Below are positions 36,730 through 46,210 of a stretch of DNA of 64,000 nucleotides, piece by piece. Source of the DNA: a virus. Made by a program: the position numbers and the translations under genes. Every line of letters starts with the position of its first letter. The stretch's first letter is position 1. The notes below the pieces were generated by a model. The model saw nothing but the letters and a program-made list of their open reading frames with translations, was not told where the DNA came from and searched no databases. Location of the stretch: the UHGV virus genome UHGV-0113858. One strand, given 5' to 3'.

Positions 36730-37818
36730 TTAGGAAACCCCATTCTGTTCTCCTTTGATATTCAGCAATTTACGGACAGCTTCGGCGGCTTTCTGAGTAC
36801 GTTCTTTGTAATCACTTCCTGAGATAACTACCACCTTGCTTGTATCGTAAGATGTCCTGATCATTGTGTCAAGCAAAGAATGTGTTTCTTTACGCTTTTC
36901 TGGCGTATCCTGCAAGCGAAGAGGATCAGCAACCCACGGAACCTCTGGTGTGAGGAACAGGAATAGGTCGTAGAAGTTGTAGCTCTCTTCACGGCTCAGT
37001 GTGCGGAACAGAAGATCGGAGTAGTCGATCTTTTCTGCACAAATGCCAGAGAAGTGAGTGATCAGGTTTGTGGTGTCAGAGAACATAACCCCACAACCAC
37101 CCCAGCCAGCTAACTCCATTTCCTTCAGGCGATGCTCCATTGCGATACGAAGATAGTCTCCACGAGACATTGCTAACTCACTGGAGTGGTATTCACGCTC
37201 ACAGATAAGCCTCCCGATCTCAGGAATCCAACCAGCACCGAAGGTATGCGCCAGATGTTTTGTCAGGGTTGTCTTGCCCGTACTCTCAACACCAATGATG
37301 GCAACCTTCTTCATGAAGCGCTTACGTGCAGGCCACGCTAGGTTGTAGAAGTTGTTGTACGGATCATTACGGATCATCGTGGCTGAGATAGGAACAGCTT
37401 TACGTTCTGCGTCGATAACTACATGCTTCGCTTCAGGGAAGAACTCACTGAAGTAAGACTCATACTCCGGCTCAGAAGAGAAAGCAAAATCGTACTTAAC
37501 GAACGGTTGCTTTTCACGGATCAGTTTTGCATAGGCAGCACTGCCTTCAGGGTATCCTGGGATATTCGACTCATCAACGTAGTCTACCTTCACGTTGTCA
37601 AGTCCCTCGTCGGCAATGACATCCAGCAGGTCACGATAACGATCAGCAAGTCCCAGCTTAGGACGAATCCACTCTGGTTGTGCGTCAACGAATTTCTGGT
37701 CATAGGACAGGAACAGATACAGAGCACTAACCTGAGAAGCCGCCTGGCGAATGAATTCAATATGTCCGTTGGTCAGCGGTGCAAACTTTCCGAAGATAAG
37801 GCCGCGAGTAATCGTCAT
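36730..37818 (-). CDS. nadR: NadR-like bifunctional NMN adenylyltransferase / ribosylnicotinamide kinase (no HTH domain)
   Basis: N-terminal GKFAPLTNGH (nucleotidyltransferase HxGH-type motif), ATMIRNDP; C-terminal P-loop GVESTGKTTL kinase domain; 362 aa. Confidence 0.65.
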   Translation of the reverse strand: MTITRGLIFGKFAPLTNGHIEFIRQAASQVSALYLFLSYDQKFVDAQPEWIRPKLGLADRYRDLLDVIADEGLDNVKVDYVDESNIPGYPEGSAAYAKLIREKQPFVKYDFAFSSEPEYESYFSEFFPEAKHVVIDAERKAVPISATMIRNDPYNNFYNLAWPARKRFMKKVAIIGVESTGKTTLTKHLAHTFGAGWIPEIGRLICEREYHSSELAMSRGDYLRIAMEHRLKEMELAGWGGCGVMFSDTTNLITHFSGICAEKIDYSDLLFRTLSREESYNFYDLFLFLTPEVPWVADPLRLQDTPEKRKETHSLLDTMIRTSYDTSKVVVISGSDYKERTQKAAEAVRKLLNIKGEQNGVS

Positions 37819-37870
37819 TTGTTTTTCTCCATTGATTCAAGGGCAATGCTGTATAGAACTTGAGTCTTCT

Positions 37871-38062
37871 TCATTTGGCAAGTTCCACTTCAAGCTCTGC
37901 GATTTTAATTTTCAATTCAAGGGTGTCGCGTTTCAGTAGGGACTTTGCCAGTTCACTATCAACGGACTCGTTAATATCATTCGGGTTTGCTTCAGGATAA
38001 AACTCTGTTGCTTGTGCAGAGCAAGAAAGCGCGAGCAGGGCGGCTAGGATAATCTTTTTCAT
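37871..38062 (-). CDS. small coiled-coil lipoprotein (Lpp-like)
   Basis: Signal peptide plus lipobox LALSC; C-terminal heptad LKIKIAELEVELAK. Confidence 0.4.
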   Translation of the reverse strand: MKKIILAALLALSCSAQATEFYPEANPNDINESVDSELAKSLLKRDTLELKIKIAELEVELAK

Positions 38063-38095
38063 TTGAATCTCCTCTTGAGATTATTTAGTCAGAAT

Positions 38096-38302
38096 TTAGT
38101 AGCGAGACCACTTCACTCGACCACCGTCGCAGATCAGTTTGTTCTCAACGATAACACCATCAACCGAGTTAGCAAGGCGTTGCTCACCGTTAGGCTTGCA
38201 ATTATGGGTCACGTTATCTGCGATGTCAAGCGATATGTAGGCGACAACTGCAACAACAATCACAATAACCAACGGACGCACCCAAGGCATGAATCCACGC
38301 AT
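38096..38302 (-). CDS. small membrane protein
   Basis: 68 aa, one TM (PLVIVIVVAVVAYISL). Confidence 0.3.
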   Translation of the reverse strand: MRGFMPWVRPLVIVIVVAVVAYISLDIADNVTHNCKPNGEQRLANSVDGVIVENKLICDGGRVKWSRY

Positions 38303-38312
38303 TTATTTCTCC

Positions 38313-38558
38313 TTACCAGCCGGAAGTATCGACAATCACGCCACCCAAAAGAAGCAGGAAGAATTCAAGCATAAACATACCGAAACCTGCTCCCAAAATT
38401 TCTTTTGTTTGTTGCTCATGGTCTGCTGTAAATGAAAGCCCCAACGTTGTCAGCATGGTCAGGGCCATAAGGCCTAACACTGCATAAATAAAATGTGAAA
38501 GCTTCATAGGGCGATACTCCAGAGATGCACCGTAAAAGCAGCGTTGATGACTGCACAA
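38313..38558 (-). CDS. small 2-TM membrane protein
   Basis: 81 aa with two hydrophobic segments. Confidence 0.35.
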   Translation of the reverse strand: MCSHQRCFYGASLEYRPMKLSHFIYAVLGLMALTMLTTLGLSFTADHEQQTKEILGAGFGMFMLEFFLLLLGGVIVDTSGW

Positions 38559-38740
38559 CCTACGTACACCGTGCGGTGTGTTTCATCTTTTGAAAAGACA
38601 GCGCCGAAGGCACAAGAAACACAGGCCACTGCTGCCAGAACTAAAAAGAAATAATTGATTGCCTCTAACATACACCCTCCAGGTTATTTAGCTTCCATAA
38701 CAATAAAGCCCCTCAACCATGAAGTCAAGAGGCTTTTGAA

Positions 38741-39100
38741 TTATTTTTGCAGCTCCTTAATGTAGTCCCGCAAACCGCAAATCATATTATATTTTGCCGT
38801 TTCTTCTTCGGTGAGCGGTCTGACTTCTTCATCCACACCAACATTGTTGTGGTAGTCCCACCAGGCGTCTACATGGACAAGTACAAGAAACGGTTCATAT
38901 CCTCTTTTACGTGTTTCCCACACGGCCCGCTCACCAGTAAAATCTGCTGGTAAGCTATAGATGAAGTTCCTCAGCAGTTCTTTGGTGAGGACATCTGCGA
39001 GGTAGTCTGGTGTTTGTGCCTTGACAATATTCATGATCTCTTCATCAGAGATATCTACTTCCACATTCTGTACAATAGTTTGTTTGCCAGTTACTTTCAT
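38741..39100 (-). CDS. hypothetical protein
   Basis: 119-aa ORF. Confidence 0.4.
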   Translation of the reverse strand: MKVTGKQTIVQNVEVDISDEEIMNIVKAQTPDYLADVLTKELLRNFIYSLPADFTGERAVWETRKRGYEPFLVLVHVDAWWDYHNNVGVDEEVRPLTEEETAKYNMICGLRDYIKELQK

Positions 39101-39117
39101 TTATCCTCCAACACAAA

Positions 39118-39141
39118 AAGGCCCCGAAGGGCCTTGGCGGG
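39118..39141 (-). terminator. rho-independent terminator downstream of the 39146 gene
   Basis: - strand reads ccgccaaggcccttcggggcctttttgtgtt. Confidence 0.5.
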
Positions 39142-39145
39142 CAGA

Positions 39146-39565
39146 TTACAGAGATTCCAGCTCTTTCAGGATCTCTTCACGAGACATCGCTGCATCTTTC
39201 TCGTTATCCTTCTCTGCCAGCAGGTCCAGAAGTTTACGCTTACGCTCAACCTTCTCTTTCGCTGCCTGGCGATCCGCGATCTCCGCTTTACGCACCGAGA
39301 TGATGTACTTCAGGATATCCAGCTTCAGGTTTGCTTCGCCATTTACAGCACTGGCCTCGACAACGAAACTTTCTTCAGCAGATGCTTTCACATCACGGTT
39401 AGCCAGTTTGGAAACCGTATCCAGGCTGGTATTACCAGTCATCGGCAGATCCCACAGATCTTCTGTGGTCAGTAGACCTTTCGGGCTTGCAAAACGCAGT
39501 TTTTTACGGGTAGCCAGTTCGAACAGGGTAGCGGTATTTGCGATGGTAGTATTGATGATTGACAT
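39146..39565 (-). CDS. hypothetical protein with C-terminal coiled coil
   Basis: 139-aa ORF. Confidence 0.4.
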   Translation of the reverse strand: MSIINTTIANTATLFELATRKKLRFASPKGLLTTEDLWDLPMTGNTSLDTVSKLANRDVKASAEESFVVEASAVNGEANLKLDILKYIISVRKAEIADRQAAKEKVERKRKLLDLLAEKDNEKDAAMSREEILKELESL

Positions 39566-39581
39566 ATTTTTGTTCTCCTCT

Positions 39582-39794
39582 TTAGTTTTTCAGTAAGCTG
39601 CGTTCTTCAAGAATCTCAGCCAATTGTTGTTCAGTTGCCCGGTACGTAAAGGAGTGCAACATTTTCTTTGCAGTTATGTACGCACACCCGAACTCATTGC
39701 ATATCCTTTGGTAAGGATTTTCTGGAGGAGCGAACCCCTCCAGACATGCAACGAGTCTATCAGTTACCGGGGTTGGTTGCAACCCCGTTTTCAT
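39582..39794 (-). CDS. hypothetical small protein
   Basis: 70 aa, start overlaps the upstream gene's stop. Confidence 0.3.
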   Translation of the reverse strand: MKTGLQPTPVTDRLVACLEGFAPPENPYQRICNEFGCAYITAKKMLHSFTYRATEQQLAEILEERSLLKN

Positions 39795-41824
39795 CAGAAT
39801 TTAATCTTCAGGGTGCGGTTGAAAGAACCAGTAACCTTCACAACCAACTCGTTACGCTGGGTAGACGAGAAGCCCAGGCCGCTCAGTTGGTCAGTGGAGT
39901 GTTCAGCTTTGAGCTTGGAACCCAACACTTCGAACACTTTACGATGCTCATGCAGCTCGTCACGCAGATACTCATTGTAGAAGCCACGAGTATCGTCAGG
40001 GTTAATGCAACCTTCCAGCATAAAGAAGTAGTGTTTGTTACCTTTGGTCTGACCATCCCAGAAGTTAGGAGAATTCAGCACCAGAGAAACTTTCTGGAAG
40101 GTCTCGGTAGAGACGCCCCATACTTCTTTAGATTGCTTAGTATGCCCGATGCTGTCTACAATTTCAACACCTTTCGCACGAGAATACTTAAAGGTTACAA
40201 CGGTCTGGCTCTTGCTATTACCCAAAGCTTGCGGGTATGCAAAGTTGAACACTTGGCCTTTGTACTCCATCTGTACTTCGAAGCCAACGCGATCAGTCAT
40301 GCGCTTATTATAGTTGTTAACAACAACCTTGTAAACACCTTCCGTGATATTACGCTCATTTTCCCACGTAACGTTCTCAACCGGATGGTGTGCGTCTGAC
40401 TTGCCATAGGCATTCATATCCACATCCAGCGTACCCGTTGAGCGACCACGTTTGTTACCGAAGTAAATTTGACCGCCACCAGGCTCGAATACATGCAGGT
40501 CGAGGTCATCACTGTTGTACCAGGACAACGAAACACGCAGGTCACCAGTCACGCTACCGCCAGCGGCTTTCACACGCTCCTTGATGGAGTCAGTTACTTC
40601 GCCATTATACGACCAGGAGAAGCCGTTATCCCATTTGAACAGGTTAGGAGCACCTGCGTTTGCCGGGGCAACCAGGCTCATCAGGTTCGGTGTCAGACGA
40701 CCTTCAACCAGCGCTTCGATAGTGTCCGCTTTCGGCAGAACGTTATTGATGAAATCCTCAATGCTGATCTCTTCTACTTTCGACAGTGACTTCGGCGCGT
40801 TTTTGGTTGACGCTGCCAGTTGCTCGAATACGTTCATCTGGGCCTTTGCAGAACGGTCAGCAAACAACACGTTGTTGATCGTCAGGTCAGAGGTCACCGC
40901 AAAGCGACGTGCCAGAGATTCAGTCAAGCCGAGGGCTTCAACCTTCTCTTGTGCTGCCTTGATCATGCCCGGAGTTACCAGAGCTGTAGTACGCTTGTAG
41001 TTGGTCCCTGAGACTTTGTCTTCAAAGGACTTCACTGCGGCTTCAAGATCAATACCTTCTGCCAGATCGCTCATCAGTGTACCGATGACATCATTACGGA
41101 AGCGGCCCAGTTTACCCAGCGTTTCACTTTGTTTCCAGCAGAAGTTCATTCGCTGATCTTCCGGCGTTTTGTCGTATGCACGTTTCGCCTTAATAAAGGC
41201 AGCAACAATGTGCTTTTTCTCATCACCACGGTACAGAGAGCCTTGGTTGATCAGGTCCATTACCGTTTCGGCAGAGTCCATATCGATATCTTTCAGAGAA
41301 CGTGCCAGCACAGTTGCGTTGTCACGGTACTCACCCAGGGCAGAAGGGATATCTTCACCACGTTTAACCAGTTCGCGAGGCAGGGCCTGATGGAAGTGGG
41401 TCCAGGTTTTGGTTTTCCCATTTTCCAGCAGAGCTACGTTGCTCTCAGTACCAACGCGGCCTTCGAAGTGGAAGAAGCGATCGCGGATCTCGGCGCTTTC
41501 AACACGCGCTTTCATCGCATCGGCAACAACTTGGTAGTAACCACCAACTTTAACGTCCCAAATAGAGACCAGCTTGCCGTTGTGAATCGCGACTACTCGG
41601 CCCAGAGTACGGATGTAGCTCTTGCAGCAGTTACAGTCATATTCACGGCGCTCTTTATACATCAGATTGGTGCCTTCCGGGAAAGAGTCGAGGTACAGGT
41701 AGTACAGTTCATCTTTCGGTACATCGACCGTGTAAAGCGCACCCAGCGCTTGCATGACAGCGAACTGAGCTTTCAGAGCTTTTACGAAGTCAGCGTAAGG
41801 TACGGTTTCATATTTTGCGGTCAT
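39794..41824 (-). CDS. large early protein of unknown function (676 aa) with N-terminal YDCNCCKSY cysteine cluster
   Basis: Long ORF with a strong sigma70 promoter 60 nt upstream; no P-loop or ligase (KxDG) motif seen; C-terminal DLDLHVFEPGGGQIYFGNKRGRSTGTLDVDMNAY segment. Confidence 0.5.
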   Translation of the reverse strand: MTAKYETVPYADFVKALKAQFAVMQALGALYTVDVPKDELYYLYLDSFPEGTNLMYKERREYDCNCCKSYIRTLGRVVAIHNGKLVSIWDVKVGGYYQVVADAMKARVESAEIRDRFFHFEGRVGTESNVALLENGKTKTWTHFHQALPRELVKRGEDIPSALGEYRDNATVLARSLKDIDMDSAETVMDLINQGSLYRGDEKKHIVAAFIKAKRAYDKTPEDQRMNFCWKQSETLGKLGRFRNDVIGTLMSDLAEGIDLEAAVKSFEDKVSGTNYKRTTALVTPGMIKAAQEKVEALGLTESLARRFAVTSDLTINNVLFADRSAKAQMNVFEQLAASTKNAPKSLSKVEEISIEDFINNVLPKADTIEALVEGRLTPNLMSLVAPANAGAPNLFKWDNGFSWSYNGEVTDSIKERVKAAGGSVTGDLRVSLSWYNSDDLDLHVFEPGGGQIYFGNKRGRSTGTLDVDMNAYGKSDAHHPVENVTWENERNITEGVYKVVVNNYNKRMTDRVGFEVQMEYKGQVFNFAYPQALGNSKSQTVVTFKYSRAKGVEIVDSIGHTKQSKEVWGVSTETFQKVSLVLNSPNFWDGQTKGNKHYFFMLEGCINPDDTRGFYNEYLRDELHEHRKVFEVLGSKLKAEHSTDQLSGLGFSSTQRNELVVKVTGSFNRTLKIKF

Positions 41825-41882
41825 TTCGTTCTCCTATTTGTGAAGTTATTTTGAAGCGAGGTCTCTCGTCTTCATGTGATAC

Positions 41883-41912
41883 ACTTTAATGCTATTCGAA
41901 ACAGCTGTCAAC
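41883..41912 (-). promoter_or_regulatory. strong sigma70 early promoter TTGACA-N18-TAAAGT
   Basis: Reverse complement of 41907-41912 is TTGACA, of 41883-41888 is TAAAGT; AT-rich upstream region. Confidence 0.55.
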
Positions 41913-41919
41913 ACTATTT

Positions 41920-42147
41920 TTAAATTTCTTGCAAATATTCAATCATGGTCTCGAAGCTTTTATTCTTATAGCGTCTAGAAGCCAATGACCAGCCGGGGTA
42001 CTCATTGTCGGTATCGGTAGTGTACACCATCCACTCTCCTGCAACTTTCCTGAAAAAGCTGACATAGTACGCCCAATTGCCGCCAGGAGTAGGATGTCCT
42101 GGATACATAAAATAATGGGTTGCTTCTTTAGGTTTGTTCGGAAACAT
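41920..42147 (-). CDS. hypothetical protein
   Basis: 75-aa ORF. Confidence 0.35.
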   Translation of the reverse strand: MFPNKPKEATHYFMYPGHPTPGGNWAYYVSFFRKVAGEWMVYTTDTDNEYPGWSLASRRYKNKSFETMIEYLQEI

Positions 42148-42155
42148 GGTCTCTC

Positions 42156-42782
42156 CTATTGTGATAGCGGCTTAGTCTTGGCTGCACGTTTTCCTTTGTT
42201 ACGCTCTTTACGAGGTATGCCTGTATATGATGACCAAGACCTCCCGGTAAAGATGTTGCTGATGGTGATCTGCTTCACACCAAACATATCGGCAATTGCC
42301 TGCTGACTCATTTTACCACGAAGTCCCAGTATCCTATCAACATCCGATTCCTTAAGGACTGCGTGTTTGCAATTATCCCCAGATCTGTTCGAATAGTCTT
42401 GTGGACTATACTCATTGTTGTATGAAGGAGTACACCACTCAAGGTTGTCAACGTGATTATTAAGCGGGTTTCCATCCTTGTGGTTGACAAGAACAACTTT
42501 GTGACCACCTTTCAGGCACTCGTCTATTAATTCTTGACCCGGAGGCGCAAGAAAGGCCTCGGCTACAAGGCGGTGTACAAACGGCATCCATCCAGGGGCT
42601 AGTGTAACCTGCCGATAACCGTGACTGTCTAATTGTCCCCACAAATGTTTTTCTGGGAAAGTCTGCATCCAAGTGGTAAATTGATTCTTTGTCAGTACCT
42701 GGTACTCTTTACGCCTTACAAAGCCATAATTACTAACTTGGTACTTCCCCTCCGTAGAGGGGATGTCCTTCCATATCTCCAT
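42156..42782 (-). CDS. HNH homing endonuclease (NUMOD4 plus HNH_3 plus C-terminal HTH)
   Basis: Start MEIWKDIPSTEGKYQVSNYGFVRR (NUMOD4-like); HRLVAEAF...VNHKDGNPLNNHVDNLEW (HNH_3); SD ggag; lies just downstream of DNA polymerase exon 2. Confidence 0.6.
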   Translation of the reverse strand: MEIWKDIPSTEGKYQVSNYGFVRRKEYQVLTKNQFTTWMQTFPEKHLWGQLDSHGYRQVTLAPGWMPFVHRLVAEAFLAPPGQELIDECLKGGHKVVLVNHKDGNPLNNHVDNLEWCTPSYNNEYSPQDYSNRSGDNCKHAVLKESDVDRILGLRGKMSQQAIADMFGVKQITISNIFTGRSWSSYTGIPRKERNKGKRAAKTKPLSQ

Positions 42783-42808
42783 AAAACTCCTTATAAAACA
42801 GTATGTTA

Positions 42809-43492
42809 CTAGTGGCAATCGGCCCAGGATCGCCCAGTCAGATATGCCCCTGTGATATGTACAGGACTGCCCATGATACGAGCTGCCTTCTCTACACATC
42901 TTACGACCATTTCACCTACAGGGCAATACTGGATGTGAATTTTACCATCCTCTCCAAAAATACCCTCGTAGACTGTATTGCCTTCCGCATCCTTGACTTT
43001 ATCACCATTTTCATCTTTGACGGCCTTTCTCCACTCATGCCCGTCAAATACGCGGCCTTTTGCTTCCCATTCTTTTACGAAAGCTGTTGCCTCTTCCAGG
43101 GTGTCAAACTCCCACTTCTTCAAGTATTTCTTAGGAACCTGGAGCTGGTATTCATCATGGTAGTAAATCAGGCGACGAACGTCATCATCATACCAGCCAC
43201 GTTTGATCAGTTCCCAGTGAAGCAGGATACCAACCAGATCGAATAGAGATGCACCACCGTTTTGCTGGAAAGCATTCAGAAGAGAGTGCTTAGAACGGGT
43301 CCAAATCTTACGACCATCGAGACCAGGGATATAACGTTTACCCGTTGCTTCCCAGAAGTTTTCAAGCCATTCCTTACGACCTTTCAAACCAAAGTTACTA
43401 TCCCAGAAAGCATCGATTACCGCCTGTGCCTTGTCAAGGGAAATGTGAAGCATTGCTGCAATCTTAGCTGCCTGAGCACCATACATGATCCT
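42809..43492 (-). CDS. DNA polymerase (family A, T7-type), exon 2: motif B/C and C-terminus
   Basis: IMYGAQAAKIA continues polymerase motif B (T7: FLYGAGDEKIG); ends ...SWADCH like T7 gp5 ...WAICH. Confidence 0.65.
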   Translation of the reverse strand, partial: RIMYGAQAAKIAAMLHISLDKAQAVIDAFWDSNFGLKGRKEWLENFWEATGKRYIPGLDGRKIWTRSKHSLLNAFQQNGGASLFDLVGILLHWELIKRGWYDDDVRRLIYYHDEYQLQVPKKYLKKWEFDTLEEATAFVKEWEAKGRVFDGHEWRKAVKDENGDKVKDAEGNTVYEGIFGEDGKIHIQYCPVGEMVVRCVEKAARIMGSPVHITGAYLTGRSWADCH

Positions 43493-43620
43493 AATGTTCG
43501 ACATGGGACGCTACCACCATGCCCGTTCTCTTATGAACTGCTGCATGTTTCCATGCAGAGCAGACTATATCTTCACCCACTTGGGGTGTCCACCGCTTCG
43601 GGCCGCTTGGCCCTACTCCG

Positions 43621-44022
43621 TTACCGGATAGTCGTTGGGATTTTACCTCTTGCCAAATACCACTCTTCACCACTACAGTAAAGATTGTTGCAAACAGCAT
43701 GTTCTACATTAGATGCACGGCATGATAATTCTATATTTTCCCAGCAATTATTCAATGTGTTTGCATCTAGGTGGTTGACCTCTTCCTCTTCAAGAAGGTC
43801 TCTACCGACCTTTGCCGCACAAATCAACCTGTGCAACAAATAGTGTTTGCCATTTTTCAAACAGATACGCTGATAAAATTTCTTTCCCTTACCTTTGTGT
43901 AGATAGGGCTTCAACTTTCTTAGTTTTCCACGATTGCTGGAGTATATATTACCTTCGTGGTCACAAAAGTATCCGTTTGATATTGGTATTTTAGCCAAGG
44001 TACTTATCTGCTGATTGTCCAT
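43621..44022 (-). CDS. intron-encoded HNH homing endonuclease
   Basis: 133 aa; HNH_3-type motif (LHRLICAAKVG...VNHLDANTLNNCWENIE); own SD aggagg and an internal TTGACA-N16-TATGAT promoter at 44044-44071. Confidence 0.6.
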   Translation of the reverse strand: MDNQQISTLAKIPISNGYFCDHEGNIYSSNRGKLRKLKPYLHKGKGKKFYQRICLKNGKHYLLHRLICAAKVGRDLLEEEEVNHLDANTLNNCWENIELSCRASNVEHAVCNNLYCSGEEWYLARGKIPTTIR

Positions 44023-44043
44023 TTCATCCTCCTAAAAGGAGAA

Positions 44044-44071
44044 ATCATACATAAATTTTTCAAACTGTCAA
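44044..44071 (-). promoter_or_regulatory. sigma70 promoter inside the intron driving the HNH ORF
   Basis: Reverse complement of 44066-44071 is TTGACA, of 44044-44049 is TATGAT; 16-nt spacer; 22 nt upstream of the ATG. Confidence 0.45.
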
Positions 44072-44173
44072 GCCCATCCTCGCGGATCACTTTGTAGTAT
44101 TTATGTCTTTAGGATTTCCCAGCAATTCAATGGATGCACCTTATAAATTACTTCATAAGGGGGCTATCAATTA

Positions 44174-46210
44174 ACCGTAGGTTACCCCTTTACCACCGTT
44201 ACGCGTTACCAGAGTACCAGAAGCTTTGGTGTATGCCTCGGCGTTTCGTGCGTGGGCATCTCCACTTTCCATGATACGGAGGTATTCACCACCATCGAAC
44301 TGATATGCACCCCATGCCGCGATCATACCTTCGAGGTTAGAACCATCGATACCGACCTGGTAATATTCATCGGTAACACCCCAGAGGCCACGCATCTCTT
44401 TACCCAATAACACCTTAGGGTCTGGTTTAGGCATGTTTGCACAGATGGTGTGCTTACAGCGCCCGGTATTGGTGATGCCGGAGAAACGAGCTGGAAGTTT
44501 TCCATCAATCGCCAAACGAGGGTGATTCAACAGCCCTGTGTCGTTTTTGTCCTCGTCAATCGGGTCGAGAACAGAGCGACGGTTACGTAATGACAGCCAC
44601 TTAACAATCTGTTTAGCCAAGTGAACATCAATAACTTCAAGGTTAGGACACAGCTTGCCAAAGTTATCCTTCAACTGTGGTGAAGTCGGCAGTTGACGAG
44701 CTTTGCGTCGGAACTTCTTGAAGATCTCCTCGTAAACACGATCAGAACCATGACGATGGTCGAACTTGTTTTCCGAGATATTGAACTTTGCGTCACTATT
44801 ATTTAAGTGCTCAAGAATCAGAGATTTATACTCGGACTCTCCAAGTTCTTCGATGTACTTACGCACCAGACCATCAACCTCCGCATCATCGCGGGTCTTT
44901 TTGAACTGGTCTTTCGTCACATCTTTAACACGCCAGAGCGTTGGTTTCCATCCCGCATCGCGGATCAGGTACTTCTTGATGTCGTCCTGGTTCGAGATCT
45001 TCATCGGAACCATCAGGTCTGGCATCTTTCCAGCACGAAGATCGGCAATTGCCTTTTCCATTAGGTCTGGTGGCAATGGGACAAGGGTATTCTCTTTCTT
45101 TATCTGGCTTCTAATGAAGTCTGGCATCGCTGCCGGGTCTTCAACACCATTCTGGATACAGTATCTTTCCCCTGCTGCACTTACATCACCGTTACCTTTA
45201 AACGCCGTCTTCGGTGGACCTTTGAATTCCAGTGCTTCACGATTAACTGGATATCCCAGCTTGTATTCTAACCAATTCCACCCGTGATGGGAAATTCTTC
45301 CTGCACCATCAAAAGGATTAGCAGGGAATTTTGGCTGTTGAGACTTCGTCATCTCTTTGAGCGGGAGTTGAGGTTCTACTTCTTCCTCAATCTCTTTCAT
45401 CATTACATCAATACGGTCTCTCAGCTTTTCAGCTTCATGCTTATTGAATGGAACACCCTGAATTTCTTGCTCAATCATCAGGTAATCAGTCAACATACGG
45501 CGGCGTAGCGCGTTCTTCCAGTTGATCTGCCGCATCCCTTCCGGTTTATCTTTGTACATGAACTGCTTGTCATCAGGCCAGCGAGCACCTGTAGATTCAT
45601 CGATCAGGGATTGCCATACTAACTCGTTGATTAAAACGTCTTCCCAGACACGATTAACGTATTCCCACAAGGGTTGGTTACGCCAGTCATCGATCTGAAC
45701 TTTCTTGTTTGCTACACGGTAGCCCCAGGCCAACAGGCCATGAGGACCTACACGATCTCGCTTCCCGGTTACCGGGTTAAGAACAGAGTCAGGGCAACCG
45801 TTAGGTAATGGACGGTCAGGATAAAGCACACGGCTCATAGAGAGGGTGTCGTAGAGATTTACCTGTGTATCCCCAATCGTCCCCATGCACTTCGGGTCTT
45901 TGAACATATCATATTCAATGCCCGATAACTTCTTCCATAGACGCAGGTCATAGCCAAAAAGGTTGTGAATCGCAATGCCGCGAGGCTCCGTTTGCAACCA
46001 AGTGTACAGCTCGTCATAAGAAAGAATCCTAAGGTTAGCCTCTGTCTTGCTACGAGCGTAAGCTACTGCGCTTTCATATTCCGGGTGGTTTGGGTCAAGG
46101 AAGAGGACCCAATTGTTAACACCAAACTCTTTCAGTAGTGTGCAGTGGTACTTTGTAACTTCATCAAGCAGCCCATCTGCTTCATTATCCCCTATAAAAA
46201 GACCTCTCAT
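44174..46210 (-). CDS. DNA polymerase (family A, T7-type), exon 1: N-terminal exonuclease-like region, motif A, first half of motif B
   Basis: 679-aa ORF ending ...RNGGKGVTYG at the splice site; completed by exon 2. Confidence 0.6.

Larger units (their letters stand above)
43493..44173 (-). mobile_element. group I intron in the DNA polymerase gene, carrying an HNH endonuclease ORF
   Basis: - strand RNA shows R-like CAACGACUAU at 43629-43638 and the canonical S element GAAGAUAUAGUCUG at 43558-43571; 5' splice site after U (GGU|UAA), 3' end ...UUAGG|AUC; the exons join in frame within motif B (KGVTYG+IMYGAQ equals T7 KTFIYGFLYGAG). Confidence 0.65.

Noticed and set aside
39794-41824. Possibility that the 676-aa protein is NAMPT/PncB, class III RNR, DNA/RNA ligase or rIIA
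   Set aside because: None of the respective signature motifs (KxDG/KxNG, glycine-radical RVCGY, GHKL boxes, NAMPT-type phosphoribosyltransferase motifs) could be found by eye; left as unknown
44100-44176. Exact P1/IGS pairing and splice-site coordinates of the intron
   Set aside because: Two candidate P1 pairings (exon GGGGU with intron GCCCCC, 9 nt upstream; or the terminal ACGGU) could not be resolved by eye. Boundaries were set from the protein alignment (TYG|IMYG) and the U / omega-G rule; plus or minus a few nt uncertainty
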